Source of the DNA: Narcine bancroftii
Lineage: Eukaryota
NCBI RefSeq assembly: GCF_036971445.1
Contig: NW_027211808.1
Coordinates: forward strand, 7,812,001 to 7,876,000
DNA length: 64,000 bases
Direction: 5' to 3'
The position numbers and the translations under genes are program-made. Under the pieces are notes generated by a model that saw only the letters and a list, made by a program, of their open reading frames with translations, was not told the origin of the DNA and did no database searches. Shown here one piece after another: positions 13,301 to 28,837 of this stretch (position 1 is the stretch's first letter; every line of letters starts with the position of its first letter).

Positions 13301-16300
13301 TGATGGTCAATACTGAGAATAATATGTGAGAAGAAAGGCAAGACCACAATGTATTTCCTCCGTCAACATTTTTTTTCCTCTTTACCCTTTGGATTTCACT
13401 AAATATCAGCGCGGAAAAGCAATAAAAAAGAAAACGGGAACGTTTCCAAATTCTGAAAGAAAGAAAACGTTTGACTCCCAAACTAGATTCTAAACTACAC
13501 ACCGGAAACGGAGAGAATTTAAAAAAAACATTGACAGCCGGCTTCGAGGACTATGCACACCAATAATTATCAGGGTGAGAAACGACATTTTCTGATGAGA
13601 AATGTCAAAGTATAATTTTTCTCGCGTGTTTCTAGATTTCTCCTTTGACTAGGTTGTGAATGCACAAATAATCTGTAGTATGAACCTCAAAACATGCGGG
13701 CATTGGTCAGATTAGCGTGACAGGAAATGTGCAGTAAAGGTGAATACTCCAATGTTACTCTGGATAAAAACACACGGTGACAGCATTCATGCACTGTTAC
13801 ATAAAATAAGAGCTGTCTATAAATTAAAAAAAATCTAACAGCACGATAGAAAGTTAACTGTTGTACTTGTTTGAGGGAATTAATGACTGTGGGATCAAAG
13901 AACTTCCGTTTGTGCTAAAAGATTTTTAAGTCATACAAGTTGATGTAACGCCTATTCCCCTTTGTCTCACTTAAACGAAACCCCAATGGAAAATAATTCG
14001 TATAAAAATCTATGTAACTTTCAATTAGTCGTACTTGAGAGTTACGTTTCAAAATTATGACATTAATAGAGGCCAAATGTCTATAATTTAAAACTGATAA
14101 GAGTTAAAGGTTATACTATTAAAGAGTGATTGAATTTTGATGCTGAATTCTAAACCAAAACCAATATATGGCGCACGATTTATTTCAAACTATGTAACAC
14201 GTCTATTTATAAGTCGTCTCAGTAGTATTTAGAGACCAAGCCACGAATTTTCAGATCAGATCAATATTTCTGCTGTCCCATTGCTCCCGTTAAGTATATT
14301 CATAGTTCATTTTCACCATGACCAAAACTTGTCCAACTCAAAAGATTTGGTACTGAATGTAAGGAACAGGATAATGGGACAGAGGGCCATAGATTTACTG
14401 AATGAATAAATGCAGAAACATAGCTGAACTATGTTTCATAACACAAAAATTCCTGCAGTTAAAATTTCCCTTTAAATGATTTTAAAAACTAAATTAAGGC
14501 CAAAACGAAAACTCTACAATGGGTGTGGGTCACATTTGCTTCATGGATTATTAAGTTGTGGAAAAAATATACCAAACTGAAATAGCAACTATCACTGCAA
14601 ACATGTTTAAGTATTTCCAACAATTAGCATATCAACGTGTCTCCCCCCCCATCCCCCCAACCCCCCCCCCCCACAAATACATTCCCTCACACCTATGCCC
14701 AATTGCCAATTCCCGCAGATAAAGGCATCACATCCATATTTAAAGGACAAGGCATTTCAATTCCTTAATTGAATGACAGATTTTTAAAAAAAATCTAAGA
14801 TTTAAACAAGCAAAGTACACAGCTGTTTTATATATACAAAACAAACGAGTTTTTGACCATGCAATAAGTTTTCAAAAGAGGTTATAAGAAAGTGCACCAC
14901 CAAGATGCCTTTCAAACATCAGAGAATTTATTTATTCAACACAATACATCCCCATCCGCTCTGCGCACACACTGATACCCATTGCAATTCAACCTCTTAT
15001 CAGTAAAACATTAGGATTATTAAATCTCCTTGAGTAAAGTAAGCAGTCTCTAGGAAGGAGGCCCACTCATCGCGTCCGCCATATATTTACAGTTTCTTTA
15101 CGGTTTGGGACCCTTTCTCTGGTAAAAGTGAAAACAAAAATACCTTTGAAAGTTTACAAATCCGCATTACTATTAATTAATCGCTTTTTACTTTTGAATG
15201 CTGACCGAGGAATGCGAACAGTGTTCAACATAACTTACTTGAAGCTGCACTGCAGTCAGAAAAAGATTTTAATCCTTGTTGGCCTGGTAAAGCAGACCCG
15301 TTCGATTCCTCTGGAAGACTCGTCACGTTATACGCGTGTAGGCTGCAAACCCAGCCAGATAAAGTTCAGCGTCACTAACATTATACAGAATGTGAAATAT
15401 ATTGTACCTTGTCAACTTCCCAGAACCATAAAACTAACTTTAACGACCCCACGTGACTTTTGAGAGCCAGTAGGGGTATCTGCCTGCGGTACGGGCGATT
15501 TTTACGATCTAACTTTGAGATAAATACCCAATTCATTTGACATCCTAAAGTCATACCGACTTCTTGCATATGCAGTTTTGTATATTCAAAAGGGAAGCAT
15601 GTACATTGCAAGATAGACCTAAAATTTGCCGTTTGACTTATCTACTATCTATAAGATCTTGGACGTTCTTTTGGTAAGTTGAGTTTAACATAACTAAGGT
15701 TTACCTGTGCACCCAAATTATCAAAAGCGTGTAGTATTTTGCACTGACAAACTACAGTATATCTTGTAATTGTTTAAGTCTCTGGATGGATGGCCTAGAA
15801 ATCAAGTTTCGGAGCCTTTATTTTTACAAGAACGATTTTAAAAAAAAGTCCTTCTGCACTCTTTAAACAGGGTTGTCATACTAAGAAAGAAACAGGTAAA
15901 CTCCAAAAAAGTTTCATAAATGCCACATTTAAAATAGAGCATGCAAAGAAGAATTGCACGTGCAAAATAACAGCCGTTAGTAAAGTTCCTGATTTAAATG
16001 CATTCAGGTAGCGTTAAGTCCTGGTATCATTTCATGAAATTAACATAAAATATAAAAATGTGATGTCAACGATAGATATTAATTGACGAAAAATAATGAT
16101 GTACATAGGTAAGATAGTGCAAAAGACTTGGGGCAATATTGAAATGGAACACATCATAAGTCATTATATTCGGTCAAATATAGGTATAACCCATGTTTTA
16201 GAGATTAAGCAACAAGATGTTAGCTTGCATACTATGAAGACTTTACGCTATAGAGATCATGGATAGTTATGAGAATGTTTAACTTTATTTTGAATTAAGC

Positions 16301-16929
16301 TACAAACGAATACAAATAGCATATTGGCAACATACTGTTGGAACTAGAAATAGGTGCAATTGACCTCTACAGAAAATATGCAATTTATCACTCAGACTAG
16401 GTATAGGCAACTTTATAAACATTTTTTGCATCATTTACAATCATTATAACTCACTAATCTTGCACAATCATCACTGATTTCATAATCTATCAACGTGTAT
16501 TAACAATGATTAGTTTTCTACAAAGAATTTCCACACACCGACGTTGTTTAAAATCACGGACAGCATTAAGGGCAGGAACTTACAAGTAGATGTATATGTG
16601 TCTGAAGTTAATAGTGCAAAAGCAAAGATTTTGTTTTAAACGTGGGGTAGTAAAGAAGACGTATCAATTATAAATAAGTTATAATTTACAATCCATAAAA
16701 AAAGTTCTACTTTTCAACAGAGCACTGACACGGACATATATAAGAGAGTAACAAGCACTTAATAGTGAAAGAACAACACATCGGGGGGGGAAAAAACCTA
16801 TTTGTTAGCGGGATTTCAGAAAATTTTAAGCATTTTTAAAACATTTAAATCACGGGGGAGGGGGTGGGGTGGGAGGAGAGGTGCCTGGTTGTACAGTACT
16901 GGTGCATAGTGTCTCTCATGTTTTACACG

Positions 16930-17180
16930 TTAGGTTTGGAAAGCGCTTGCTCCGGCCGTCATGGTCATACTTTTCAATTTGTTGTCCTTTTTCCATTTCA
17001 TCCGCCGATTCTGGAACCAAATCTTTATCTGTCGTTCAGAGAGGCACAAAGCTTGAGCAATCTCTATCCTCCGGCGTCGGGTTAGATATCTGTTGAAGTG
17101 GAACTCTTTTTCCAATTCCAAGGTCTGAAAACGAGTATAAGCAGTCCTGGCTCTTTTCCCGTCGGGTCCACCCATACCAT
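16930..17180 (-). CDS. HOXB5: HoxB5 exon 2 (homeodomain)
   Basis: Acceptor aacag|AT; [72 protein letters not shown]...AFQT*. Confidence 0.95.
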
Positions 17181-17943
17181 CTGTTAATAAATACGCATTT
17201 TTAAAAATCCATGACAAATTATCTATCCACGAAAATATTCATTTAAAAGAAAAGAAAAACAGTAGATCTTGGATGTTGCAGTATTTCCATCCTCGGGAGC
17301 TCTGGACATGCTATGTCAAAATTAAAAATATATGGTCTCCCGTTATCATTTTCCTTTTCATTGTCTGAGTAACCTGTGTCCTGGCAGCTGTGGTTCTATT
17401 TACAACACACACACACACACACAGAGGACACAGACTGACAGTCTTCCCGCCTTTCTTTCGCTCTATCATCCTTTCCCTTATACGCACGAAAAAACATACG
17501 TACAAACACACGTGCGCACACATTTTTAAAAAGTCAGAAATTGCAAATAGATTCGTGAAAAATGGTTTCCAACAACGATGATTTTTCAAGGTAATACACA
17601 GTTCTCTTTGTTATTATTGCTGATCGTGCAGTACAAGCCATAGCTTTATGTGCACCAATTTCTATATATCATAATATTACAGTTTAACCACAGTAAATAG
17701 TGTTTTAATTATTACTGAATTTTAATGATTGGCTAATGCGTAATATTTCATGCACATATAAAATTGTGGATTGTAAATTTCAATTCAATTTACAGATGAA
17801 GTTTAGTTAAGTTTCTGAAGAGCAATAATAATAAAAAATCCAGTTGTTTAAATTTTGTGTGATCCAGGTTGTATAACAGGTCGCCTTGAATTACCTGACT
17901 GCCGAGCAATATTTCGAGTACTAGACAGAAAATGAAAGTATAC

Positions 17944-18478
17944 CATGGGCAATGTGTAGCTTTCTCATCCAAGGAAAGATTTGTGGCTGCTGTTCTGGTG
18001 TTGTTGCTTGTGCTGGTTCTTGCTGTGCCCTGGGATGGTTGTTGTTGTTGGCTTGATTGCCTTCTTCAACATCCGAGGATGCTCCGGCCTCGTCCATTTC
18101 TGTAAAATTACTTGCTGAATTGGAGGAAGCAGTCGGGTCGGATGGGGAACCCTTGGTTCTGTGACTGTCCTTGCCAGAACAAGAAAGGGGTTCTGGAGAT
18201 GAGAGGGTGCAGCTCGCTGCTTGTCGGAACCTGGCTTCTGTAGCTGGAGGATACCTTCTGGAGTTTTCTGTATTAACCACTCCAAAGTGGTTAGATGAAG
18301 CTGAACGTGTGATGCTAAGGTCCATACCATTGAAGTTGTAGCCGTAAGTGCCTGAATGCATAGTGCCTGAATCCCTGTATGGTCCTTTCTCGGAGCTGCT
18401 CGACCCATAGATAAGTAACTGATAATCCGGGCCATTTTGATAGCGACCGGAGAATGAATTTACAAAGTAAGAGCTCAT
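17944..18478 (-). CDS. HOXB5: HoxB5 exon 1
   Basis: [22 protein letters not shown]...PQIFPWMRKLHIAH; donor G|GTATAC; 535 nt, phase 1. Confidence 0.95.
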
Positions 18479-18589
18479 TTTTTTTTTGTTTTTGGGGGGG
18501 GGGGGGGTTGATTTGTGCTTGTTAGTCGTTAGAAAGCAGTCCTGCACGATTTTTGATATATTAATGAATTATAGAAATGACTGTACTTC

Positions 18590-18700
18590 GTCCTCTTCCA
18601 TGTATACGGCCAAATATGGTGGTGCGAGTCGGAATCACGTGCTTTTGTTGACCAGTCGTAAATTCTCACTGATGACCTCAAGGGGTAATTCATGCTCTAT
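18590..18700. promoter_or_regulatory. HoxB5 proximal promoter conserved block
   Basis: E-box atCACGTGc, gtcgtaaa Hox/Cdx-like site and tgatgacctc directly upstream of the start; resembles recalled group-5 promoter sequence. Confidence 0.6.
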
Positions 18701-20694
18701 GGTTACAAATAATGCAAGGCTCCAAATGGTGGCCATGTTTGCAGAGTGCTCCACCTACCGGGCTTCGTCAAAATGCACGATTTAAGGTCATTGCTTATCT
18801 ATTAACATTGGCAATGCATTGATAACCAAACGACAAAAAAATTAAATTTCCCCATGAAGAAAACCATAAATTCCAGCAATGCGTTACGTTTTGCTATCTG
18901 TTATGATCATTTTTTGACTATGTGTTTTCTCAAAAATGCTAAAAATAAATGAAAAATGCAAAGCGTGGAACGGCAATTTAATTATCTTCTGATTGAATTG
19001 GAAATCACGCTTTATGGTTGAACTTGGAGTGAGCAATTTATTTCGTTTTGACCAGATACATTTAAAAACAATTAACTTGCTAGCCTTGACTACTCAGTTA
19101 AATGTACGCAGTAATTGACTTGCGGTCCATGCTATCGACGTCAGCTTTATTATTTGCCACATATTACAGTTTCGATATGTTTGCGAGGATGAATTTCGTT
19201 TAGAATCTTAGTAATGTGTGCGCATAATGTATCCTACTTTAGAACTGTCCAGATGTTTTGAAGAAAAGGGAAGAGCAAAATATCGGGAAGTTATAGTTTG
19301 TGCCATGTGTGTAGTCATTTAAGTTCTATGAGTTCTATATTTCTAGTATTCTAATTTGAGGTAATTAACTGAAGAATATACACTTCTGAACTACTTTGCA
19401 TTCCTTTTCCATTCGGAGTTAATATGCTTCCTTGAAATTAGCATGGAATTATCTGATTTATACGCAAGATGGGTCGGATTCATTGTTATTCTTAAGGCAC
19501 TGATCCATGTTATTTTTTGTTAAACATATTAACTTGGTATCCTTATATGATTTTTAATCGGATCTGTCCAACGTAAGGACCCCCTAGGGCGTTCACTTCC
19601 TGGGGGTAACTAAAATCAGTAGTCGGCATTTTATGACAATATGGCATTTGCTTCATATGGAAGGATTTAAACGTTCACTACACTCGGTTTGTTTTAGTTT
19701 TGCGAGCATGCATAGCTATAACCTGAGGACATGCGTGCTCAAAACACTATAAAATGCGCCTTAAGACAAAGCACCTTAATTGGAACATATATTTACCAGA
19801 ACAGCTACCGAGTTTTCATATGATTAGGCAACAACTAATAAATAATAAAACAGGTGAAACAATTATATTAGTTGGTAAAACCAGCAATGTCCTTCGTTCT
19901 TTCTCTCTGATAAACTATCAACGGTGATTGTGAACCCTGAAGATTTGGTTAACTATCGCTGATCAATGTTTATTTGACCCGGTCTGGATTTTTTTTAAGG
20001 AGCAGTGAGATGATTATGGGAATAAAATATACCGAGATTCGGTCAATCCATAAGTAGCCATATTGAAAATTAACCTCCATCATATCATTTACGCGCAATA
20101 CGATCACTCACTGATTTTTTAAAGAAAAACTTTTATAATAATTACGGACAAGAAATCTTCATTTTCCAATTAAAAAAAATTACACATGCTTGGTTACGAA
20201 AATTACTGAATTCTTGAAACATTTGATTTTATTTCCCTTGCTTGGTTACGAAAACAATTCAAAATACAATATTACACTTCAATGAGTAATTTGTATACAC
20301 ACTCACACACAATTCCTCACACGCACGCATACAAATATAAAATAAATCAATAGTGTTCATAGTGCACAAATAAGATGTTGCACAAACCAACATACATCCA
20401 AATGAACTAGAGATCTGAGACCAACAACAAAAATCACAATATTGCAACACCTCAAATGAGATATAGAATTCGTGAGCTACACCTAGTGTTTCTTTTAAAA
20501 TATTGACATCAATGGCTGCCTGGACAGATCAAAGGAATGCATAACTTCATAATACATTTTACAACAAATACAGAAATGTACATTTCCACTGCGCAATGGC
20601 AAACAAAATGTAAACGTAATATTTATTATTCTTTCCTTTTGTAAAATAAAGAACTGCATAGCGTTCCCTTCCGAACTATTTTTTAATGTTGTTT

Positions 20695-21084
<390 letters not shown>

Positions 21085-21574
21085 TTATTGTTTATATGTT
21101 TTATGTTTTAAAGTAGCATGCTGGTTGACGACCATTGGTTCTGAATCACAAAATAATGATTTTTATTAATTGCTCAGCTTCATTCTGTTATAGTAAGATG
21201 CTCTAACCAATCGGCCTAGCAAATGGACATTATAATACTTAAGGAGAGAGGATGGAAAAGGAACTGATTGTGAGGCATCTTTACTGGAGGTTGATGTTCC
21301 ATATGTTTATATTCATATAGTAATATGTTTGTGCACATAAATATATTAATCTTATGAACCAGATGTTGAATTTTAATTAATTATTCAGAGAAGTGTCAAT
21401 TCATAATTTAAGGTGAAACCCGAGACAGTAAAATGTATATCGGTCTTGTACTCATTTCATGTTAAAAAAAATATATCTCTTGTAACAAAAAGGGTGATTG
21501 AACCAATTTCTTAATCATGTTCTTCCTGCCTTTATTCAATGTGTACGTTGAAAAGTATTAAAATGCAGACTTAC

Positions 21575-22007
21575 CACCACTAGAGTTCATTCTTTGCATC
21601 CAGGGATATACGGGGAGCGAATTCTTCTGATCATCCACTTCTTCGTATAAAATTCTGTTTTGCGTGCACTCCGATTTGCGTCGTTCGGGGTTGAAATGCG
21701 ATGGGTCTTCCAGTGAGTGGTATTTGGAGCTGGTGGCTGAGGCGCCGCAAGGAGGGTCTTTTTCACGATAAAAACTGGGCACACCATAATCGCAGGATGT
21801 CCGATTGCACCCATATGGCCCGTTGGTTTGTTGGTAGTAAGAGGGTGATGGGTAGCTTTTATCTTGCATGTCTGTAGCCCCATATGTGGCCGGATAGTGT
21901 CTTAAAGGGTCGTAACCGGAGGAATATAACGGAATCTGTCCGAGGAAAGACTCCTGACCACTAGCTAGAGTCACCGGGAAAGTGGAGTTAACAAAATACG
22001 AACTCAT
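21575..22007 (-). CDS. HOXB6: HoxB6 exon 1
   Basis: [32 protein letters not shown] (B6-type) ... PVYPWMQRMNS; donor G|GTAAGT; 433 nt, phase 1. Confidence 0.96.
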
Positions 22008-25000
22008 TTGTTGGCTGTGCTGTGTTATGATTTGTTGTGTATTAGTCCAAGTGCCTGTGCTATTAGCAGTTAGCAAGATGGGTTTGATTCGGGATGGCCA
22101 AGTGCCAGAAAGGACAGCAGGAAATATAACCATCTGATCATCTACTGACCAATGGCAATACTGTTTGATAGGAAAATAGCACCCATGAGGGACTTATCCA
22201 TGAATCAGAGACGCTAGCAGAGAACGGCACATGTGATGAGAAAAGTCCCAAACAGAGACGTGGAGGGGGTGGGGGAATCAACCGAAATACAGCGTCTTTC
22301 GATTTACTCCGTAAAGAAAAAAAATTAAAATGCAGAAGAATGCGCAAAGTTCGGCATCCAATTAACATTAATTTTCACGCATGTGTAAACAACGAAACAA
22401 TCTGTCCACCCAGACTAAACAAACAAGCAGAATAAAACCCTTCCAGTATTGGGAGAAACAGATAATAATTCACTAATCACATTAACTCGTTTTTATTGTT
22501 TTATTCTTTTACAATCAGATTTTTAAACTGCCCCGCGTTCATTTTGATTGTGTTATTAGAGATTAATTCGACGTGTTTTATTACCATTAATAGTTCCAAT
22601 TCACAGTAATTTAGCAAAGCGATGTTCGCATAGAGTACAGTATATCGGTGGATGTGTGTTCTGCAATCAAAAGTTCCTGATAGCGGTGTATTGTGCTTTT
22701 GTTGCAGTTTGTTCTCTGGGTAAGAATGTGATTCAGCGATGGGGTTAACTTTGAGCTACACGATAAAAAGAATGAAAACATCAACGTCCAATATTTAATT
22801 GAAACCACAAAACGAACGGAAGAATCTTCCAAAGAGAAAAGCCAACGAACCAAATACCCGAAATGGAATCAAGAGCAGAACATAACACAATCACTAGCTC
22901 TCAAGAAGATGAACATTTATGCTTTAAACTTCCCAGAATAACATCCAACCCGTTACCTCGCTTTCTTCATAAACGTTTGCTCCAAATCAAAGCTACTCAT
23001 CAAAACAAAAATAAGATTAAGATCTGTTGAGGCCCTAAAGGTTTGAGCATCGGTCGCCTTTCTAAAACAACGTTTCTGCGCCCAAAGGCGACATGTACTG
23101 TACAGTATTTACCGGTAAAATTATTCTTAAATATTAACTTTTTTTTCGCAGAAGTGTGCTCCTTTTGAGACTCGTTCCGTCCAGTTAACGATGAATGTAC
23201 GATAAATGTTTTCACTTAGGTTCAATACTTCAAAGCTACTGGGTGATTTTGGATCTGTGCTTTGCCCCCAAACGGATACAGTAATTGAAAGAGAAGTGCC
23301 AGATAGCTCTTCTAATTTCTACATTAGATATTCTGTTCTACCGCACTCTTCAAATGCCTCTTGTGCCAATAAAATATTTTTTGCATTTTAATTATGAATT
23401 TCGTCCTGTGTATTTTTGTAATTGCGGTTATTGCAGCTGTGCATGCGTACATTTGTATTGGACTAGTGTAATTCACCATACGGTTTTTATTTTGAAGGTG
23501 CACACACATGCATTCATCTATGGGATCGTGATCTCTAAAAAACGATAACATTTGGCCATTCCGTCTTTATATTGAAACATAAATATTTTTAAAGGTATAG
23601 TTGTTTATTTGTTTTAATTATTGGATATTACTAGAGAGTTTTTAATGGGGTTTAGGGATTTTTAGGAGCTCTTCTGTATCGTACCTCTGCCTGGTTTCAA
23701 ATATCTGTTTTGAAGAATCATAAACTGGCTGATGAGCACGTGGCACAAATTAAAGGAAGGCTTCTCTCTGGTCCTCATCCAATTTATTGTTCTAGAAACA
23801 AATCTGTTTTAGCAGAGCGAGAATACAAATTTCGAGACCACGCCATAAAAGTTCTCTGTCAAAAGGATTTCGAACAAGATGTCATCTCTTGAAATGACGA
23901 TGTCTGGATTTAAATCAAAGCCAGAATCTATATCAATCCCATTGTTTTAAAATAGAGTACCAGGGATGAGAAGTGTACACACGTTTTGCAGCTAATCAAA
24001 TTATATTAGTACATAAAGAATCCGATTGAAATAAAATGCTATCTGATGCTGTTGTCTTTATCTAATGCTACTATATTTGTTTCCCTTCTGAATAAATATA
24101 TCCAAAGCGGACAGTTTCATTGTAAAATTAGTTTAGACTGAATGTATTTATCGTTTCATTTTGTTAAGATTAGGCCACACTGCATGTTGAAAGCCATGCC
24201 GATTATTGCTAGTAGTAAACTTGCTCTCTGAATAATATCGATTTCATTTTATATATTTAAACAAACAAGCTTAACACAAGCAGAACTGAGAAGGAACAAA
24301 CGAGATAATTACTTCAATGCACATTTCCAAATACTGAATTTTCATTGAAATATATCTCTTCTAAAAAAAATCATTTAAATTGTAACTTTTGATGTAGGCC
24401 CATTTTTAATGCAAAGGTAACACATATTTTGTGCCCTTTTCAGTTGAGAACTTTTTTCAGCTACTGAAAATCATAATTAACTTTTTGTTATCAATTTCAA
24501 TATATCTACATGAGGAAATTAGTACCTTCTTTCAAGGTGCGAGGACCGAAAAGTGTTGTGAAAATAACAATTGATGGAACATTAAAGCCAGAAGTTCGTT
24601 TACAGTAGATCTGGTTACTTTTTTAAATAGCAGTCCTTGAACATAACACAATTCAATATCAGCCCAGAAAACAGCAAATTTGGCACAAGCTATCAAATTG
24701 CTGCTATTAGATTGTAATAAGGAATTTGCTTCATAGATATCTGTTTAAAAATTACTGATAGAAGTCAAAATTCGATATAAAAATTTTCGGTACCGTCCGA
24801 ATTTTCAATTATGTTTATTTAATATGATTTGGATGCCATCATATTGCCGAACGTTGGTTGAGAGACGCCAACACTCAGCATTTGTTTTTGGAGATACCAC
24901 TGCAAAAAGATTGCAAGATAAAGCTTTCCTTTATGAAGTTAGATTATCTGTTTGAATAAAATGGGTAACAGGACACATTGCAAATATAAGTCGTCGATTT

Positions 25001-26639
25001 CTGTCAGTGTAAATGTTGCGTTGATGGGAACATAAATATTATTTTTGCCGTTGAAAGCAAATACTGATAATAAAAATACATATTTACAGCTTGAAGCTGT
25101 CTTTTGTGTTGTTTTTAATTGCTTCTCCTTTATTTTTGTGAGGTGACGTGTGTGTATGTGTACACTGTCATATGCCATATGTGTGTATCTTTGTTTTTGT
25201 ATGTATACGCGCGCCTCTGTGTCTGTGTGTGTGTGGGTGTGTGTGTACCTTCGGGGTGCCTATGTGCAAATAATTTTTTTTTTCATATGGTACAGATAAA
25301 ATGCAGTCTCTTCACTTTACTTCTTATGGTTTGCTTTTTCCAGAACATTAGAACGCAAGGTGGCAGCAGAAAGCAACAAATCCATTCTCTCCGCCCCACT
25401 CCCATGGCACACACCCCGCCCCCCCCACAAACCTGCTTGATATATAATATCATTGCACAACTGCTTGAGCTCTTGCTTGCTAAACAATCTAAACCACAGT
25501 GATCTAAACGACATCTTATATTATATCATCTTACAACCCTCCGCTATTGATGTAAGCTGAAACCTTAATGCCTCTAACAAAAATAACCTGTCGCATATTG
25601 TGAAGGTCTGAATTTGTAATTCCAAAACCGACGCATTATTGACGACCATCGTGCACAAAAGAAGAAAATATCACTATACCAATGACGTCTGTGCGTCATT
25701 TTGGCGATTCTGCCCATTCTCAATGCTCCAAAGATAAAAATTGCTTACGCATCGAACGACCCATGAGAAAAAATCAACAATCTCGAAAGCTCATTTAACA
25801 TTACCAAGTAACAGAATTCGTCCCGAACACAATTAGAGATTTGACTACGCGCAGAATTTACATTGGATAATTGATGACGGGACATTTAAAACAGAAAAGC
25901 TTGCAGAAAACAAATCAGTCCCCGAGCCAAACGTCTTCAAGTTATATTAAAGAAACTTCTACAGCAGTGTCACACCACAATCTCCAAACATAGTCTTATT
26001 AGAAAAAAAGTGCAACAAATACGATCTGAAACCCACGTCAACAAATATCTAATTACTCCATGTTTTTAACCCCGCTGATGTTCTGCACACTGATTATTAA
26101 AGGAATCGATTGTAAAAATAGGTGCTAATATCTATCTTACCTTTGCAGCAGCATCTTAGATTTTGTTTCGATCTTTCCCTTCTCACGTTGGAACCTGCGC
26201 GATTTTTTTCTCTCTCACGCACAGCATTGTCCCAAACTGATAGTCTTCGGTTAATCTGTACCCGCAGATTGGTGGAGATTGATGGATTTGTTATGTACAC
26301 GGGAATTCGGAATTCGAACCCCTATGAAAAATGTTATCATCCATTTCAGTGAGATTTGCGCCACTTCATCCATTGCTGAAATTTCTAACCGGCAGGCAAG
26401 TGGCAGATTGCAACAAAAAAGTCGTATTTACTTTGTATGTGTATATACGTGTATGTATGCGTGTATGCATACATATATGTATGTTTTCAGCTCCAAAAGT
26501 ACCTACCAAAATTTGAAAAAAAAAAACCCGATAGAAGCCCTGAGGAGAACACAGAACCGACCCAAGGTACGGTGGCCAAAAGAATACTGCAATATACTCA
26601 CATGGGAAATCATAAAAAGTTCATGTTCATGGTTGCTAT

Positions 26640-26780
26640 CCACATGACCGGCAACGGCCAATCGAAGGACCGATGCACTCATAAAGTTCTATCACAAAGT
26701 TGTAAATTTTCATAAAACAACAAGGAATTTATTGCATTTCTTCATGACTACTAACAACCGGCCCCCTCGCCGCCATGTTT
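26640..26780. promoter_or_regulatory. Conserved non-coding element between Hox7 and Hox6 (four-cluster-sequence-like)
   Basis: CCAAT box followed by cataaagttctatcacaaagttgtaaattttcataaaacaacaaggaatttattgcatttcttcatg, as recalled for the element shared by Hox clusters at this position. Confidence 0.7.
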
Positions 26781-28302
26781 TGAACTGAAGCAGAATGACA
26801 AAAAACAAGATTGTTTCTTCTTAAATGTTTGATTTCAAAATGTTATGGTTTAAATGGATTGCCTCTTAATCCTGTCATCGTTTATGTATAACCTCAACCG
26901 CTGTGGCTCCGCGGAAAAAAAAAAGAACGCTACAGACATAAAATATTTTTTGAAAAGTCAAACTGTTTTCATCTTCTTCCTTCTGCGTTTCCGTTATTTG
27001 CGGAATTTGCGTAAAAGAAAAACACTGTGCAATTATTATTTGAGTTTTCGAACCAAGTTAGTTGAAGAACCTGGTTAGCGCATAGGATTTGCTTGGGTAT
27101 ATCTTAAACGCCAGTTTTCACATTAAATAAATTACTTTTTTTATTAAAGGCACTAATATTAAGGGCAAATCACAGTTCCTTTCGTATAATGAAATAGATT
27201 TACTTTGATCGATTTGGCGGAATTATGCATCCCAATTTACAAAAGACAAGAGCGAGGATGAATCGACCTGAACTGGCAAAAAGGGTGGATTTGCCCTTTC
27301 ATTTTACTATACGCAGTGTGCCCAGAAACCAGATGAACATATCTAAATAACAAATAGTCATTTATTGATAGCAAAGCGGAAAATTAATGTTCAGAAAATG
27401 TCATAGTTTCTGTGCCCCAAAAATAATGCCAACTTTTTCATTCAATTGTATTTTTAATACAATGTTTTTAGTAACAGCGCCTTTACCGAGGACACGATAA
27501 TGTTAGATGCGTAAATTAGATTTGTATATATTTTATGAAATGCATTATTTGAGAAATGTTAGAAATGTACTTTGATATATGATTCCAACCCTGACCCAAT
27601 TTTCAATGAGCCCTTTTTTGTACCTTTCTTTAAAATTGCATCCTCCACAAACACTTCCGCTATGTACCAGTATTTCTGTTGTGGTTAATTGCTTATTTCA
27701 GTTTAAAAAGGAGATTTGGCTTCAGAAATGTAGTGCCCAAAATTCAGGTTTAACTAAACTAATGTCGTCTTTCCACATTTTAACTGACAAATATTTCTGA
27801 TCATTTTCAGGTCTAAGTGCAAATGTTACGTAAAATGCAAACCTTGAAGCATTATAACGAAAATTTATCCTAATTTTATTTCACAGAACAGTTTACATCC
27901 TTCATGGGAAAGCGTGTAAACTCAACAAATATAAATGGTTCATTCTTAAATTAAAAAAGAATGTATAGAGGTAACCCTCAACACTTTCACTAGAACACGA
28001 TTTTATATATTTAACTACAACATGAGTTTATCGAAACAGACACTGATAAACTGTACACGGGTTATGACTACACACAACTTTCCGAAAACATACCAAAAAG
28101 AAATTACATCGATACAGTAAAGTCACTGACAATATATTTTCCTTTAAATACACATGTATATTAATGTTAATTACAGTAACGGTCAATTCACCACCTCAGA
28201 AAGACTAATGCACATACTATATATATATAACTTGTACAATATAGACTCGGGTTATTCCCTCTATCTGTACAATACAAACTACAAGTCAAACAGTTACAGG
28301 TT

Positions 28303-28310
28303 TAGGTAGT
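28303..28310 (-). promoter_or_regulatory. miR-196 8mer target site in HoxB7 3' UTR
   Basis: mRNA-sense ACUACCUA about 90 nt after the HoxB7 stop; complementary to the canonical miR-196 seed. Confidence 0.7.
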
Positions 28311-28396
28311 ATTCTGTTTCAGTATTAAAAAATGCGGACAAATTCCTCCATTTGTTGAAAAGTCATAGATTATGGCCTAAGATTTTATGTTTTTCT

Positions 28397-28837
<441 letters not shown>

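Noticed and set aside
17921-18547. N-terminal extensions and read-through tails in ORF-track calls for B4, B5, B6, B7 and B9
   Set aside because: They come from alternative start codons and translation into introns; conserved Met starts and GT/AG sites define shorter exons.
22138-27800. Numerous 60-130 aa intergenic ORFs
   Set aside because: No recognisable domains, low-complexity composition, and consistent with chance ORFs in AT-rich DNA.
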